Source of the DNA: Planctomycetota bacterium | GTDB lineage: Bacteria; Planctomycetota; MHYJ01; WSZJ01 | DNA length: 63,902 bases | Direction of reading: 5' to 3' | Assembly (NCBI GenBank): GCA_038060895.1 | Contig: JBBTCT010000042.1 | Location: forward strand, 1 to 63,902 | Shown: positions 39,101-48,419 of the stretch, in pieces | Layout: every line of letters starts with the position of its first letter | Numbering within the stretch: the first letter of the stretch is position 1 | The notes under the pieces: generated by a model | The model's database searches: none | What the model was told of the DNA's origin: nothing | Seen by the model: only the letters and a program-made list of their open reading frames with translations | Position numbers and translations under genes: made by a program

Positions 39101-40326
39101 TCCTCCGGCTCGTGGAAGCGGCGACCGGGACCGTGCTTCGAGACCTGGAATTTGACCCGCGCGAATACTCGACGCTTTCGATTTCGCCGAACCTGAAACT
39201 CATCTTTGCGCTGTCGAAGGGAAGCGACCGGATCGTGTTTCTCGACGCCACGACGGGGAAGCGGGCCGGGGAAGTCCGTGCCGGCGCCCCCGTTCACGGC
39301 GCCTTCTGGAGCGTGACCGGTGGAGCCGTGGCTGCGCTGCTTCCGGACCAACGAGTGCGCGTCTGGCACTGCCCGTCGCTGGACGAAGTAGGCGCCTTCA
39401 CCCGGAACGCCCACGACCAGGTCATCCGGCAGTCCGTCACCGATGACGGCCGGTGGTTCGCTACCTCGAATTCGGGCGACGGCGACCTCACGCTCTACGA
39501 CGTCGCCCGCGGCGCCGAAACCCGTCGCTTCAAAGGCCACACCGGGATGGTCCTGGGAGTCAGCTTTCTCCCCGACAACCGCCGGCTCGTCTCGAGCGCC
39601 GCCGATGCCTCGGTCCGCCTCTGGTCTGTCGACCGGGACAAGCCGATCGGGCAGTACCGCTGTCCGGCGATCGAAGAGACCTGGCCCGTGGTGAGCCCCG
39701 ACGGGCGATTCTTTGCGATCTTCGCCGGCGGTTCTCCTCGAATCGTGAAGATCGGCGAGGGCCAGATGTTCGACTACGCGGTTTTCCCGACCGACCTGGG
39801 CCTCAGGAGCGTCACTTTTCAGCCGGACGGAGCGTCGTTCCGAATCGGAGATCCCTGGGGCGAGCGATTTGTTCCCCTCGATCCCCTCGCCGCAGCCCTG
39901 GCCATCAAGCCCCGCGAGCTGGACCCGGCCGAGCGCACCCGCTGGGAAGTCGGCTCGCTGGCGGAAAGGGAAGCCTACCTCGCCGCCTTCACGGCGCAGC
40001 ACCCTTCCATGTACCGGCTTTACGTGCAGGGTCAGGCCGCGATTCGCGACGGCGAGGCGCAGAAGGCCCTCGCGTTGTTCCGGCGCTCGGCAGCGCGGCT
40101 TCCGAATTACCCGCTGCCCTGGATCGGCGTGGCGGAAGGCTGCGCCGCGATCCTCGCCGACCTCGCGCCTTCCGACCCGGCCAGGGGTGCGCTTCTCGAC
40201 GAGGCGTTCGACGCACTCGCGAAGGTCGTTGACCTGGGCGAACCGGTGGCGGACGTCCGCCGCATGAAATCGCTCGAGCCTCTCATGGCCGACCCGCGAT
40301 TTGAAAAGACCGTGAAGAACCGTTAG
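36175..40326 (+). CDS. Ser/Thr kinase with TM segment, WD40 repeats and TPR-like tail
   Basis: LARGGMG, VAIK, NRDLKPSN, DWG, GTPSYMPPEQ; many GH..FSPDG..WD repeats. Confidence 0.93.
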   Translation: MTGIQRRLLALALGVRRGFLPHAQATSAMELLTVPSPAASTVFRGPQGELLKPELVPGASDLVAPLSTLLPSVWERLTPVERNLFEGEFDDLERDAPRAILLMEKSGLKSSIWKPLWGISAPPRPASTVAIMASASASVGRKTEVPPPIVVKGNLPSEGEGAGKDSRYELKRELARGGMGRVFIAIDKTIGREVAIKEMLTPVTRAVRSTTAPGTSVHGELERFLREARVTGQLEHPNIVPVYEIAEKEDGSVFYSMKLVRGQSMADRLRDIQRRLELSAGEKLAERLKMLDAFVDSCNAIAYAHSRGVINRDLKPSNIMLGDFGETLVLDWGLARVLGQDDKARKDLINATAMMSKSPEAPSKPDSTKLTIDGSVLGTPSYMPPEQARGELDDIDERSDVYSLGAILYELVTGIAPFEGPSAEMVLRSVIHLEPVWPTALDKHAPRELEAVIQHAMAKNKSQRLDSAKRLAEEVQAFRDGRSVSLYQYTAFEQVARFIRRNRALTVLFAGLVVAMVAGTIASLTYARIARDQSAEARAAESDSRKAESAAKKARDAAEAAALRAEGLRLAAIAKPLAAQNSGAALLLSIEAAKCAPGQASNEALFAALFRLNERRKLIGHELGLTHGRFSPDGRLVATGGQDWTVHVWDAIKGLDLKRFDDARSGVIQVEWSVDGKRLAARELNGPVRVYEMERGLIAVLEGHEGRVHGMAWWPGGPTKLATWGADGTVRVWVTATGESVTLCPTGKPISFAGFSPDGKRIATITDDGELRTWELATSQERPRLEPAAKRTLHAQWSPDSRRLLAAEAEAGARVWDVETSTPVASAPGADGRPAVEVAYSPDGKRVAIRADDGRVQSWDAELKSPDGEFKAWSLRPEHITPDWKQALRLADLVVEVRDTKTDAIVSRLGAHEYHIDDAAFSADHTAIVTCSADRMGYLWSVLPGQQFPRVPVAPPGTTMWYPDMKYVAAAGENGVLRLVEAATGTVLRDLEFDPREYSTLSISPNLKLIFALSKGSDRIVFLDATTGKRAGEVRAGAPVHGAFWSVTGGAVAALLPDQRVRVWHCPSLDEVGAFTRNAHDQVIRQSVTDDGRWFATSNSGDGDLTLYDVARGAETRRFKGHTGMVLGVSFLPDNRRLVSSAADASVRLWSVDRDKPIGQYRCPAIEETWPVVSPDGRFFAIFAGGSPRIVKIGEGQMFDYAVFPTDLGLRSVTFQPDGASFRIGDPWGERFVPLDPLAAALAIKPRELDPAERTRWEVGSLAEREAYLAAFTAQHPSMYRLYVQGQAAIRDGEAQKALALFRRSAARLPNYPLPWIGVAEGCAAILADLAPSDPARGALLDEAFDALAKVVDLGEPVADVRRMKSLEPLMADPRFEKTVKNR

Positions 40327-40408
40327 CCCGCGCGGCGCCGGATACACAGCAAGTCTTTTTTTCGGCCCGGACCCACCTTAGAATCTCCCCAGTCTCGGGG
40401 AGGAATTC

Positions 40409-41485
40409 ATGATCTGTTCGTGTCCTGTCTGCAACCGGCGCATCGCCGCGTCCCTGCCGCTCTTCGGGACCGTGCAGAAGTGCCTCGGTTGTGGCGCGAA
40501 GATCCGGATTCCTGGAGAAGACGGCGGATTGGCGGAACTGGTCGAGAAGTGGCTGGAAGGAGAGCGAAGGCCTGAAGAAGAAGTGAAGCCGCCGCCTCCC
40601 GACGCGGGGCCGTCCGCCTGGTCACCGATGGTCGCTGCGACCGGCGCCGGGCCGGTCATGGCGCTACCGAATGTCCCGACTTCTGCCGTCACGTCCCCGC
40701 CTCCGGTGCCCGCGGAGTATCGTCGGCCTTCCCCGGTCGATCCGCTTCCGCCCGCGGCACCGGCGAGGACCGCGCCCCCGGAGCCGTCCAAGGCTCAGGC
40801 GCCACGGCCGCCGGTGACGACCATTTCGTCGACGACGGCGGAACTGCCGGCTCGAAACGAAACCGAGGCTATCACGCGTCCGGTCCTGGGCCTGCATCCG
40901 CTGAAGCGGAACCTGGCGGCGCTGGCCGGGGGGGTGGTTCTGGTGGGGGTCGTGATTTCGATTGTCCTGGTTCGGACCGCCCTTTCGAAGCGCTCCGGGC
41001 CCGACCCGGCCCAGGCGGCCGCGCTGAAATTCAATGACGCGCTCGCGCAGGCCGATTCCGGCGCCCACGGCTCGTGTGCAGCGTTTGTACGGTCCGTGGA
41101 GCGCTGGCTCGACGGGCAGGCGCTCGAGCCGGCGGCTATCCGGAAGTCATTGGAGAGCGCGATCCGGGACGCCGAAGAATATTCGGCGAAGGTTGGCGCG
41201 ATGCAGGCGCCCGATTCCGTCGAGGCTCGCACGTTCCACCGAAAGGCGCTCGACCTCGCAGAAACTTACAAGGATCTCACGGGCGTGGCGTTCGCGGAAG
41301 TCGTCCGGCGCGTCGGCGAAGGCGGCAGCCCCGGCCCCGCCGACTTCGATCGAGTCGAACTTCTGATTGCGAAAGGAGACTCGAAAATTCAGGCGGGGCA
41401 ACGCGCGCTGATGGAGGCGCAGAAAGCCTTTGCGAGGAGGTATGCGATCCTCCTGGCGCCTGAGAATCAGGGGAATCCCCGGTGA
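40409..41485 (+). CDS. Zn-ribbon / Pro-rich / single-TM protein, paralog 1
   Basis: CPVC..CLGC, Pro-rich linker, TM, C-terminal AQKAFA. Confidence 0.75.
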   Translation: MICSCPVCNRRIAASLPLFGTVQKCLGCGAKIRIPGEDGGLAELVEKWLEGERRPEEEVKPPPPDAGPSAWSPMVAATGAGPVMALPNVPTSAVTSPPPVPAEYRRPSPVDPLPPAAPARTAPPEPSKAQAPRPPVTTISSTTAELPARNETEAITRPVLGLHPLKRNLAALAGGVVLVGVVISIVLVRTALSKRSGPDPAQAAALKFNDALAQADSGAHGSCAAFVRSVERWLDGQALEPAAIRKSLESAIRDAEEYSAKVGAMQAPDSVEARTFHRKALDLAETYKDLTGVAFAEVVRRVGEGGSPGPADFDRVELLIAKGDSKIQAGQRALMEAQKAFARRYAILLAPENQGNPR

Positions 41486-42582
41486 TCGCTTCCTGCCCAT
41501 TCTGCCAGAGGCGGCTTGCTATCTCCGAGCGACTCCTCGGCACGGTCAGTACCTGTCGCGGATGCGGCGGGAAGATCCTGCTTCCGGGGATTGAAGGAGG
41601 AGAAGCGAAGCCGGTCCAGATGCCGCCGCTTCCGAAGACGCCGGCGGCCCCGGGTGCGGCCGCGGCCGCTTCTCCGTCATCGACCGCGCTCGAGTTGCCG
41701 GATCCTGCGACTCCTGCGCCGGGGGTCCCGGCGGCCGCAAGCGCGCCGCCGGCCGGGCCCGAGCCGGACAACCTCTCGTCGAGGGCGCTCGCCGTTCCGC
41801 CGCCGCCGCCCGCGGTTCCGGACGAGCAGACGCCGTCACCGGCTTCCGGGATCAACGTGGGCGCAGCGCCCCCCTGGCGCCCGCTTCACCACGACGCCCT
41901 CGCGCCCCCGCTGCCGGGATCGACCCGCAAGGGCGTCCGCCCGACGCCATTTGTCGCAGCGGCGCCTGCAGGCTCCGCATTCCTTCCCTCGCCCGCCGCC
42001 CCCGGTGCGCCCGCCTCTGCGCGCTTTCCGGCCTGGGCGCTCAAGGGAGTCGTCTTCGCGGTCGTAGGCGTCATCGGTCTTCTCGTCGCCCGGCACTACA
42101 TCTCCGTCGCCGCCTCCGATGCACTGCGGAAGGACACCGTGGTTTTCAACGACGCAATTGTCCGGATGGACGCGGAACTGGTGCAGGAAGCAAAGGGATT
42201 CGGGAGAGTCCTGGCCTCCTGCGTCGAGGGAAAGGCGTCGATCGACGACCTGGGACCCCGGCTTGCCAATCTGCAGCGGATCATAGGGAAAGCCGAGTCC
42301 GACCATCGCACCCTGAAGCAACCAGCGGGGGGACGCGATCTCATGGAAGCCTCGCGGGCGCTTCTCGCCGTCGAGCGGCGAATCTGGTTCGACGACGTCC
42401 CGAAACTCATCAATGCGCTTCAGATGGCCGACCCGGCATCGCGCGAAAAGCTCCTCGCCGACGCCGTGGAGAGCCTGTCGAGGGCGGAAGCGGAGGCGAT
42501 GGCGAAGAGGGAAGCGGTGAAGGCGGCGCAGAAAGCGTTTGCCGAGAAGAACGGTTTTGATCTGAAACCGGGCGGATCGTGA
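41482..42582 (+). CDS. Zn-ribbon / Pro-rich / single-TM protein, paralog 2
   Basis: CPFC..CRGC, Pro-rich linker, TM, FND, AQKAFA; GTGA overlap. Confidence 0.75.
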   Translation: MIASCPFCQRRLAISERLLGTVSTCRGCGGKILLPGIEGGEAKPVQMPPLPKTPAAPGAAAAASPSSTALELPDPATPAPGVPAAASAPPAGPEPDNLSSRALAVPPPPPAVPDEQTPSPASGINVGAAPPWRPLHHDALAPPLPGSTRKGVRPTPFVAAAPAGSAFLPSPAAPGAPASARFPAWALKGVVFAVVGVIGLLVARHYISVAASDALRKDTVVFNDAIVRMDAELVQEAKGFGRVLASCVEGKASIDDLGPRLANLQRIIGKAESDHRTLKQPAGGRDLMEASRALLAVERRIWFDDVPKLINALQMADPASREKLLADAVESLSRAEAEAMAKREAVKAAQKAFAEKNGFDLKPGGS

Positions 42583-42612
42583 ACTTGCGGCTGTCCCGGA
42601 ACAGCTCTGTTT

Positions 42613-43929
42613 TTATTTCGCCGTCGGCCTCCCCTTGTACTTCTCGTACAACCGCGTGTGCCGGCTCTCGAGCGATCGCTCGATCCCGCCGATCCACATC
42701 CGCTTGACGTTGGAGCGGATGTCGAGGATGTCGCCGTCCACGGCGATCAGGCTCGCTTCCTTTCCCTTCTCGATCGAGCCCAGCCGGTCCGCGATTCCGA
42801 GCATCTTCGCAGGAGTCAGCGTGATCGCTTTCAACGCTTCTTCCCGCGGCAACCCGAACGCCGCGGCCTGGGCCGCGTGGTAAGGGAGGTTGCGTGCGCC
42901 CCAGGTTCCCCATGAGCCGGCGCCGACGGAAAAGGCGACCGGAACGCCGGCGTCGAAGAGCCTTTTGGGGGCCGTGAAGTGCACGTCGTAGGATTCGGTA
43001 TCGCGCGCGGGCTGGTCGAACACGTTTTCGAAGATCACCGGGATCTTCGCCTTCGCGAGCTCGGCCGCGCACCGGTCGGCGTCGCGCGCGCCGGCGAGCA
43101 CCACGTTTTTCAGCCCCTGCCGTTCGACCCACTCGATCGCCGCGCGGATCTGCCGCTCTTCGTTCGCATGGATGAAAATCGCGATCTCGCCCTTCAGCGC
43201 CGGTCGCATCGCTTCCCACGCCGGCACGATCCGGCCGTCCGGGATGCCGCCGGAAGCGCGTCCCTTGTCGTAGGCTTTCGCTTCTTCGAAAAAATCGTCG
43301 AGTTCCTTCAACCGCGCGCGGCGTTCCTCAGCCTGTTTCTCCGGACCCTTTTCCTCGTCCGGATTGTCAGGGGCGCGCCGCCGCCGCCGGCGGCGTCCTG
43401 AGTCAAGATTGAGGTCCATGCCGGGCCAGTTCACGTGAAGCGCTGCGGGGCCGCGAACGGTCATGTCTTCCCAGGTCCACCCGTCGAGGGCGATCACGCC
43501 GGAGCGTCCCGCGATCGTGCCGCCCGTCGGGAGCGTCAGGGCGTGCGTGATGCCGTTGGCCCGAGCGACCGGAATCAGTTCGGAATCGGGATTCACGGCG
43601 ATCCACGCATCGACATCGGGCGTCCATCCCCCGACTTCGGCATCGTCATTCGTGGCCCGGACAGCGCCGATCTCGGTCAGCCCGAGCGACGAGGTCGCGG
43701 CGATGAGTCCCGGGTAGAGGTGAAGCCCCTTCAGATCGACAACCGTCGCCCCGCCCGCATCGACCGAAACTCCGACCGCGACGATCTTCCCGTCCCGTAC
43801 CAGGACATCGCCGGTAGCCAGCGTCTCGCCCGACACCGTATGTACGGTGGCGCCCCTGAGGACCAGGTCCTCAGCTCTCGAGACACCCGCCAGGAGTATG
43901 AGCACCGACAGGATCACCGCAGTTTTCAT
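42613..43929 (-). CDS. Secreted amidohydrolase-family protein (first HxH lost)
   Basis: GATVHT, LYPGLIA, GITHA, ITLTPAKMLG..GSIEKGK. Confidence 0.85.
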   Translation of the reverse strand: MKTAVILSVLILLAGVSRAEDLVLRGATVHTVSGETLATGDVLVRDGKIVAVGVSVDAGGATVVDLKGLHLYPGLIAATSSLGLTEIGAVRATNDDAEVGGWTPDVDAWIAVNPDSELIPVARANGITHALTLPTGGTIAGRSGVIALDGWTWEDMTVRGPAALHVNWPGMDLNLDSGRRRRRRRAPDNPDEEKGPEKQAEERRARLKELDDFFEEAKAYDKGRASGGIPDGRIVPAWEAMRPALKGEIAIFIHANEERQIRAAIEWVERQGLKNVVLAGARDADRCAAELAKAKIPVIFENVFDQPARDTESYDVHFTAPKRLFDAGVPVAFSVGAGSWGTWGARNLPYHAAQAAAFGLPREEALKAITLTPAKMLGIADRLGSIEKGKEASLIAVDGDILDIRSNVKRMWIGGIERSLESRHTRLYEKYKGRPTAK

Positions 43930-43955
43930 GGTCGCCACCCAAAGGGGATCTCTTT

Positions 43956-43984
43956 CCTACCCACTACCCACTACCTACTACCTA
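43956..43984 (-). repeat. Second copy of the TAGTGGG heptamer repeat, after a stop codon
   Basis: The 20-mer GGTAGTGGGTAGTGGGTAGG is identical to 20918-20937. Confidence 0.85.
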
Positions 43985-46876
43985 CTTTCTTTCCGCCCCC
44001 TCGCAATGCACTTCCCAGCCGTAGTCGTGCTGGTGCTCGAGGCACTCTTCAAAGAACCGGTCGTCGCCGCCCTTGCCGCCACGTCCTCCGCCTCCGCCGG
44101 ACGAAGCGAGCTTCTTCGCCTTGTCGCGCAGCTCGCTCCATTCCTTGCGCCTCGCCTCGGAGCGCTCCAGCGCCTTCGCACGCTCGAAGTACCGCTTCCC
44201 CTCGATCCACGTCTGCTGGCAGACCGTCCGCGTGTCGAGAGGCGAGTGCGACCAGATCGCGAAGTCGGCATGCTTGCCCGCTTCCAGCGATCCAATCCAC
44301 TTGTCCACGCGCAGCTGGATCGCCGGATTCAGCGTCACGAACTTCAGCGCTTCGACCTCGTCAACGGCTCCGTATTTCGTGGCCTTCGCCGCTTCGAGAT
44401 ACATGCGCCGGGCGAGCTCCGCGCTGTCCGAGTTGAAGGAAACGCACACGCCGCGCTGGTGCATCAGCGCGCCGGCGTGCGGGATCGCGTCGTAGACCTC
44501 GAACTTGTACGCCCACCAGTCGCTGAAGCATGACCCGCCGGCGCCGTGCTTCGCGATCTCGTCGGCGACCTTGTACCCCTCGAGAACGTGCTGAAACGTG
44601 CCGATCTTGATGCCGAAGCGATCCATTTCGCGGACGAGCATGAGGATCTCGTCGCCCCGGTAGGAGTGGCAGTGGATGACGCGCGTCCCCGTCAGCAGTT
44701 CACCCAGCGTCTGCAGCTCCAGGTCGCGCCTCACCGGCGCCGGATCCCGCCCTTCGGCCTTCCCCTTGTCGAACGCCGCAAGGGCTTCGAGGTATTGCTT
44801 CGCGGCCGTGAAGCGGTTTTCGTAGAAGGTTTTGACTCCCATGCGCGTCTGGGGGAAGCGCGTGACGAATTTCTCGCCCCAGTTGGACTGTTTCACGTTT
44901 TCGCCGAGGGCGAATTTGATCCCGGGGATCGCCTCCTTGAAGCGCAGGCCGTCCGGCGATTCGCCGTCCCGGAGCTTGATGACGCAGTTCTGTCCCCCCA
45001 TCGGGTTGGCGGAGCCATGGAGGAGGTTCGAGCAGGTGAGGCCGCCGGCGAGTTCCTGCGCGAGGTTGTCGGTCTCCGAGTTGACGACGTCCTGGATCCG
45101 GACCATCGCGGAAGACGGAATGGTGCCCTCGTTCACGTCGCCCACGATCGCGCAGTGGGAGTGGCAGTCGATGAGCCCCGGCGTGACGTGCAGCCCCTTG
45201 CCGTCTATCACCGTCGCGCCGGCAGGCGGAACGATGTCCTTCGCGATCGCGACGATTTTCCCGTTCTCGCACTGCAGGTCCGCGCCCTCGATCCGCCCGA
45301 GCGGCCCGCAGGTCCAGATTGTCGCGCCCTTCACAACCACGACGGCGGGCGTTGCGTCCGGCCCGCGCTCCTCGAGCGGGGCGCGCGCCACGCGTTTGGC
45401 CGCGAGATCGCGCTGTTCCTGCTTCTTCTTCTCCGCTTCGGCCTCTTTCTTCTTTTCCTCCTCGGTCTTCGCCTTGCCGTCCTTCGGCTCTTCCCTGGGC
45501 TTCTCCCCGGGCTTGACCGGGTAAACGCGCCCATCCACCCAGACCGAGACGATCTTCGCTTCCGGGTCGAAATACGAACCTGCCACCACGGTCAGGTTGG
45601 CGAGCTTTCCGTTTTCGATCGTCCCTGCGCGTTCCTCGATCCCGCACAGTTTCGACGGCACGACCGTGAGCGCCGCGAGCGCCTCCTCCTCGGTCAGGCC
45701 GCGGTCAATGGCAAGCCTCAGGTTCTTCCGGAAGCTCCCCTTGTCGGGCAGCCCGTCGCACGTCAGCGCGATCTGGACCTTCCGCTTCACCAGGACCGCC
45801 GGATTCTCCGCGGCCCAGTCCCACGCCCGCAGCTGGTCGAGCGAAACCTGGACCCAGTCCGATTCCTCAGGAAGCGTCGGCGCCTCCGGGAAGTTCACGG
45901 GAACGATCATCGGCGCTCCCGCCGCTTCGGCGAGGTCGGGGCGGCGCCACTCCTGCCCGCTGGCGCGAATGAGGAACTTCAGGCCCAGTTCCTTCGCAAG
46001 GCGCGCTTCGAAGTCGGTCACCAGGGCGGAGTCGGATTCGAAAGCGACGAAGCGGTCGCTGACGAGGAAGGGGACGAGAGCGTCGAGGGCGGGGTTTTCG
46101 GCGGGGCGTTGGCGGCCGGCGGGGTTGCGTGTGAAGTGTTCCTTGTCGCGGGCGTGCCAGTCGGCGTCCAGGAAAGCCTGGCGGATGGCGGCGATGGCGG
46201 CCATGTGCGAGGAGGGGTACGCGTCCAGTTCCTCGGGGACGCCGGTCATGGCGCTGACGAGTGCGGCGACGGACCATACTTCGGGCTTCAGCACCAGGGT
46301 GTTCGGATCTCCGTCACCGAGGACGAGGAGCGCGCTTTTTCCGCGCAGAATGCCTTTCGACGGGACGACGTTCAGCGCGGTAAACCCGATCTCACGCCAT
46401 CCCTCGACAACCTTCGGGTCCGGCGACAGGCCGTCCACGACGCGATTCTCCGGCGTCATTTTTGCGAGCGCGGACGACGGCCCCGGCGTTCCCGGGTCGC
46501 GCTGCGTTCCCGGCGAGCCGGCGAACCCGCTGTCGGCGGCCATCGGCCCGCCCTGGGGGCGCTGCGGCGCCAGCCCGCCGTCCTCGAGTTTCGCCCAGGC
46601 GTCGATCAGCCCCGCGTAAATCGTCCAGCCCTTCGCATCCCAGACCCGGGCATCGGCCGGCGGCTTGACGTCCGCGCCCACGGCCTCGATCCGGCCGTCG
46701 CGGATCACCACGGTCCCGGGGTCGATCACCTTTCCCGGGGCGACGACAACCTTGCCACCCACCAGTGCGTGGCAACCCGGCGGGTCAGGGCGGTGCCCCG
46801 GGGGGCGGATTTCCTGGGATTCGGCGGGAAGCGCGATCAGCGCGAGCGCGAAAACGATCGAGGCAATGCGAACCAT
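43982..46876 (-). CDS. Secreted two-domain amidohydrolase
   Basis: Second domain has PGLIDCHSH, KFALGEN, HCHSY, FQH, NSD; first domain is degenerate. Confidence 0.9.
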   Translation of the reverse strand: MVRIASIVFALALIALPAESQEIRPPGHRPDPPGCHALVGGKVVVAPGKVIDPGTVVIRDGRIEAVGADVKPPADARVWDAKGWTIYAGLIDAWAKLEDGGLAPQRPQGGPMAADSGFAGSPGTQRDPGTPGPSSALAKMTPENRVVDGLSPDPKVVEGWREIGFTALNVVPSKGILRGKSALLVLGDGDPNTLVLKPEVWSVAALVSAMTGVPEELDAYPSSHMAAIAAIRQAFLDADWHARDKEHFTRNPAGRQRPAENPALDALVPFLVSDRFVAFESDSALVTDFEARLAKELGLKFLIRASGQEWRRPDLAEAAGAPMIVPVNFPEAPTLPEESDWVQVSLDQLRAWDWAAENPAVLVKRKVQIALTCDGLPDKGSFRKNLRLAIDRGLTEEEALAALTVVPSKLCGIEERAGTIENGKLANLTVVAGSYFDPEAKIVSVWVDGRVYPVKPGEKPREEPKDGKAKTEEEKKKEAEAEKKKQEQRDLAAKRVARAPLEERGPDATPAVVVVKGATIWTCGPLGRIEGADLQCENGKIVAIAKDIVPPAGATVIDGKGLHVTPGLIDCHSHCAIVGDVNEGTIPSSAMVRIQDVVNSETDNLAQELAGGLTCSNLLHGSANPMGGQNCVIKLRDGESPDGLRFKEAIPGIKFALGENVKQSNWGEKFVTRFPQTRMGVKTFYENRFTAAKQYLEALAAFDKGKAEGRDPAPVRRDLELQTLGELLTGTRVIHCHSYRGDEILMLVREMDRFGIKIGTFQHVLEGYKVADEIAKHGAGGSCFSDWWAYKFEVYDAIPHAGALMHQRGVCVSFNSDSAELARRMYLEAAKATKYGAVDEVEALKFVTLNPAIQLRVDKWIGSLEAGKHADFAIWSHSPLDTRTVCQQTWIEGKRYFERAKALERSEARRKEWSELRDKAKKLASSGGGGGRGGKGGDDRFFEECLEHQHDYGWEVHCEGAERK

Positions 46877-46962
46877 CGTGGCGGCTCCTGAAGGGACCGC
46901 GAAGCGTACGACTCAGCCTGAAGTGCAGGTAGCGAAAACAAGTCCTGGGATACGATGGCGAT

Positions 46963-47745
46963 ATGCGATTACCCCTCTATCAGGTCGATGCGTTCGCTTC
47001 ACGAGTCTTCGCCGGCAACCCGGCCGCGGTCGTCCTGACCGAGCGTTCGCTCGACGACGCGACGATGCAATCCGTCGCCGCCGAGAACAACCTCTCGGAG
47101 ACCGCGTTTCTCCGATGGACTCACGACGGCTGGGAGATCCGCTGGTTCACGCCCGCCTGCGAAATCGATCTCTGCGGACACGCGACGCTTGCCGCTGCCT
47201 GGGTCGTCTTCAACCACCTGAATACGGAACTCACGGCGGTCGAGTTCGGCTCGAAGAGCGGCGCCCTTCGAGTTTCAAAACTCGCCGACGGCGCGCTGGA
47301 GCTCGACTTTCCCGCCCGTCCCCCCGCGACCTGCCCGCCGCACCCCGAACTGGCAGCGGGACTGGGCGGAACTCCGCGCGAGTTCTTCAGGGCGCGCGAC
47401 TACATGGCGGTCTACGCAACGGAAACGGAAATCCGCGCGCTTCGCCCCGACTTCCCCCGTCTCGGCCGCATCGACGCCACCGGCATCATCGCGACGGCGC
47501 CAGGCGACTCTTGCGATTTTGTCTCACGCTTCTTTGCCCCCGCTTCCGGCATTGACGAGGACCCCGTGACCGGCTCCTCCCACTGCACGCTGATCCCCTG
47601 GTGGTCGGCGCGCCTGGGCAAGAGGAAGCTCCGGGCTCTTCAGGTCTCGAAGCGTGGCGGCGAGCTGACGTGTGAACTCCGCGGCGACCGGGTCGGGATC
47701 GCGGGGAAGTGCGCGCCATTTCTCGAAGGGTCGATCACCCTTTAG
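46963..47745 (+). CDS. PhzF-family isomerase
   Basis: QVDAF, GNPAAV, NLSETAF, EIDLCGHATLA, EDPVTGS. Confidence 0.93.
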   Translation: MRLPLYQVDAFASRVFAGNPAAVVLTERSLDDATMQSVAAENNLSETAFLRWTHDGWEIRWFTPACEIDLCGHATLAAAWVVFNHLNTELTAVEFGSKSGALRVSKLADGALELDFPARPPATCPPHPELAAGLGGTPREFFRARDYMAVYATETEIRALRPDFPRLGRIDATGIIATAPGDSCDFVSRFFAPASGIDEDPVTGSSHCTLIPWWSARLGKRKLRALQVSKRGGELTCELRGDRVGIAGKCAPFLEGSITL

Positions 47746-48394
47746 CCGCTTCGGCGTCGGGCTTTCCGGATGGCGGCGGATTGAAAATCCATCGCAGTGC
47801 GAAATGCCCGGGGGCGTACATGATGGCCACCGTTGCCATCCACGTCAGGAACATGTGAAGCGGGATCGAGTTGCGGACCCTGTGATGCCAGATCGGGTCT
47901 TCGAACGCGAAGTTGACGTTTTTCGTCGTGAAGTGCGGAGCGACGACGATTGTCATCGTCATCACGACCAGGGCGATGAGGGACTGGAAGGCGAGCGCGC
48001 GGCGGTCGTAACCGGTTTTGCGCAGCGACAGGAGCAGGAAAGGCACCCAGAACACGTGAAAGAGGGATAGCAGGCGGACGAAGAGCGAGTAGTCGGACAT
48101 CCACATATAGGCCGTGAGCTCGCCCGCGCCGATCAGGAAGTGTCCCGTGACCACCCTGGCCCCGGCGTCGAGACACCAGAGCACGTGAATGACAAAACAG
48201 GCCAGCAACTGGCTTGAGAGCAGCAGGGAATTCCGCGTCCACCAGCCCAGCACGGTCAGGAACAGAGCGATGTCACAGAGCTGCATGAAATTCGGCCCGC
48301 CCCACACCACCCAGTAGCAGGGCACGAGCACCGCAAGAAACACGAGGCCGAACCACTTCAGGATCGGGAAGTCGACTCTCGGGTCGGCGGGCAT
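47735..48394 (-). CDS. Integral membrane protein
   Basis: About 6 hydrophobic segments; LCDI, SLFH, NVN. Confidence 0.75.
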   Translation of the reverse strand: MPADPRVDFPILKWFGLVFLAVLVPCYWVVWGGPNFMQLCDIALFLTVLGWWTRNSLLLSSQLLACFVIHVLWCLDAGARVVTGHFLIGAGELTAYMWMSDYSLFVRLLSLFHVFWVPFLLLSLRKTGYDRRALAFQSLIALVVMTMTIVVAPHFTTKNVNFAFEDPIWHHRVRNSIPLHMFLTWMATVAIMYAPGHFALRWIFNPPPSGKPDAEAAKG

Positions 48395-48419
48395 GGAGGA
48401 ATCATACCGCGGTGGTCCG

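Noticed and set aside
36580-40347. Very long antisense or alternate-frame ORFs (also 11812-14796, 44546-46891, 28536-30284, 384-2078)
   Set aside because: Shadows of real genes caused by high-GC codon bias; no recognisable motifs.
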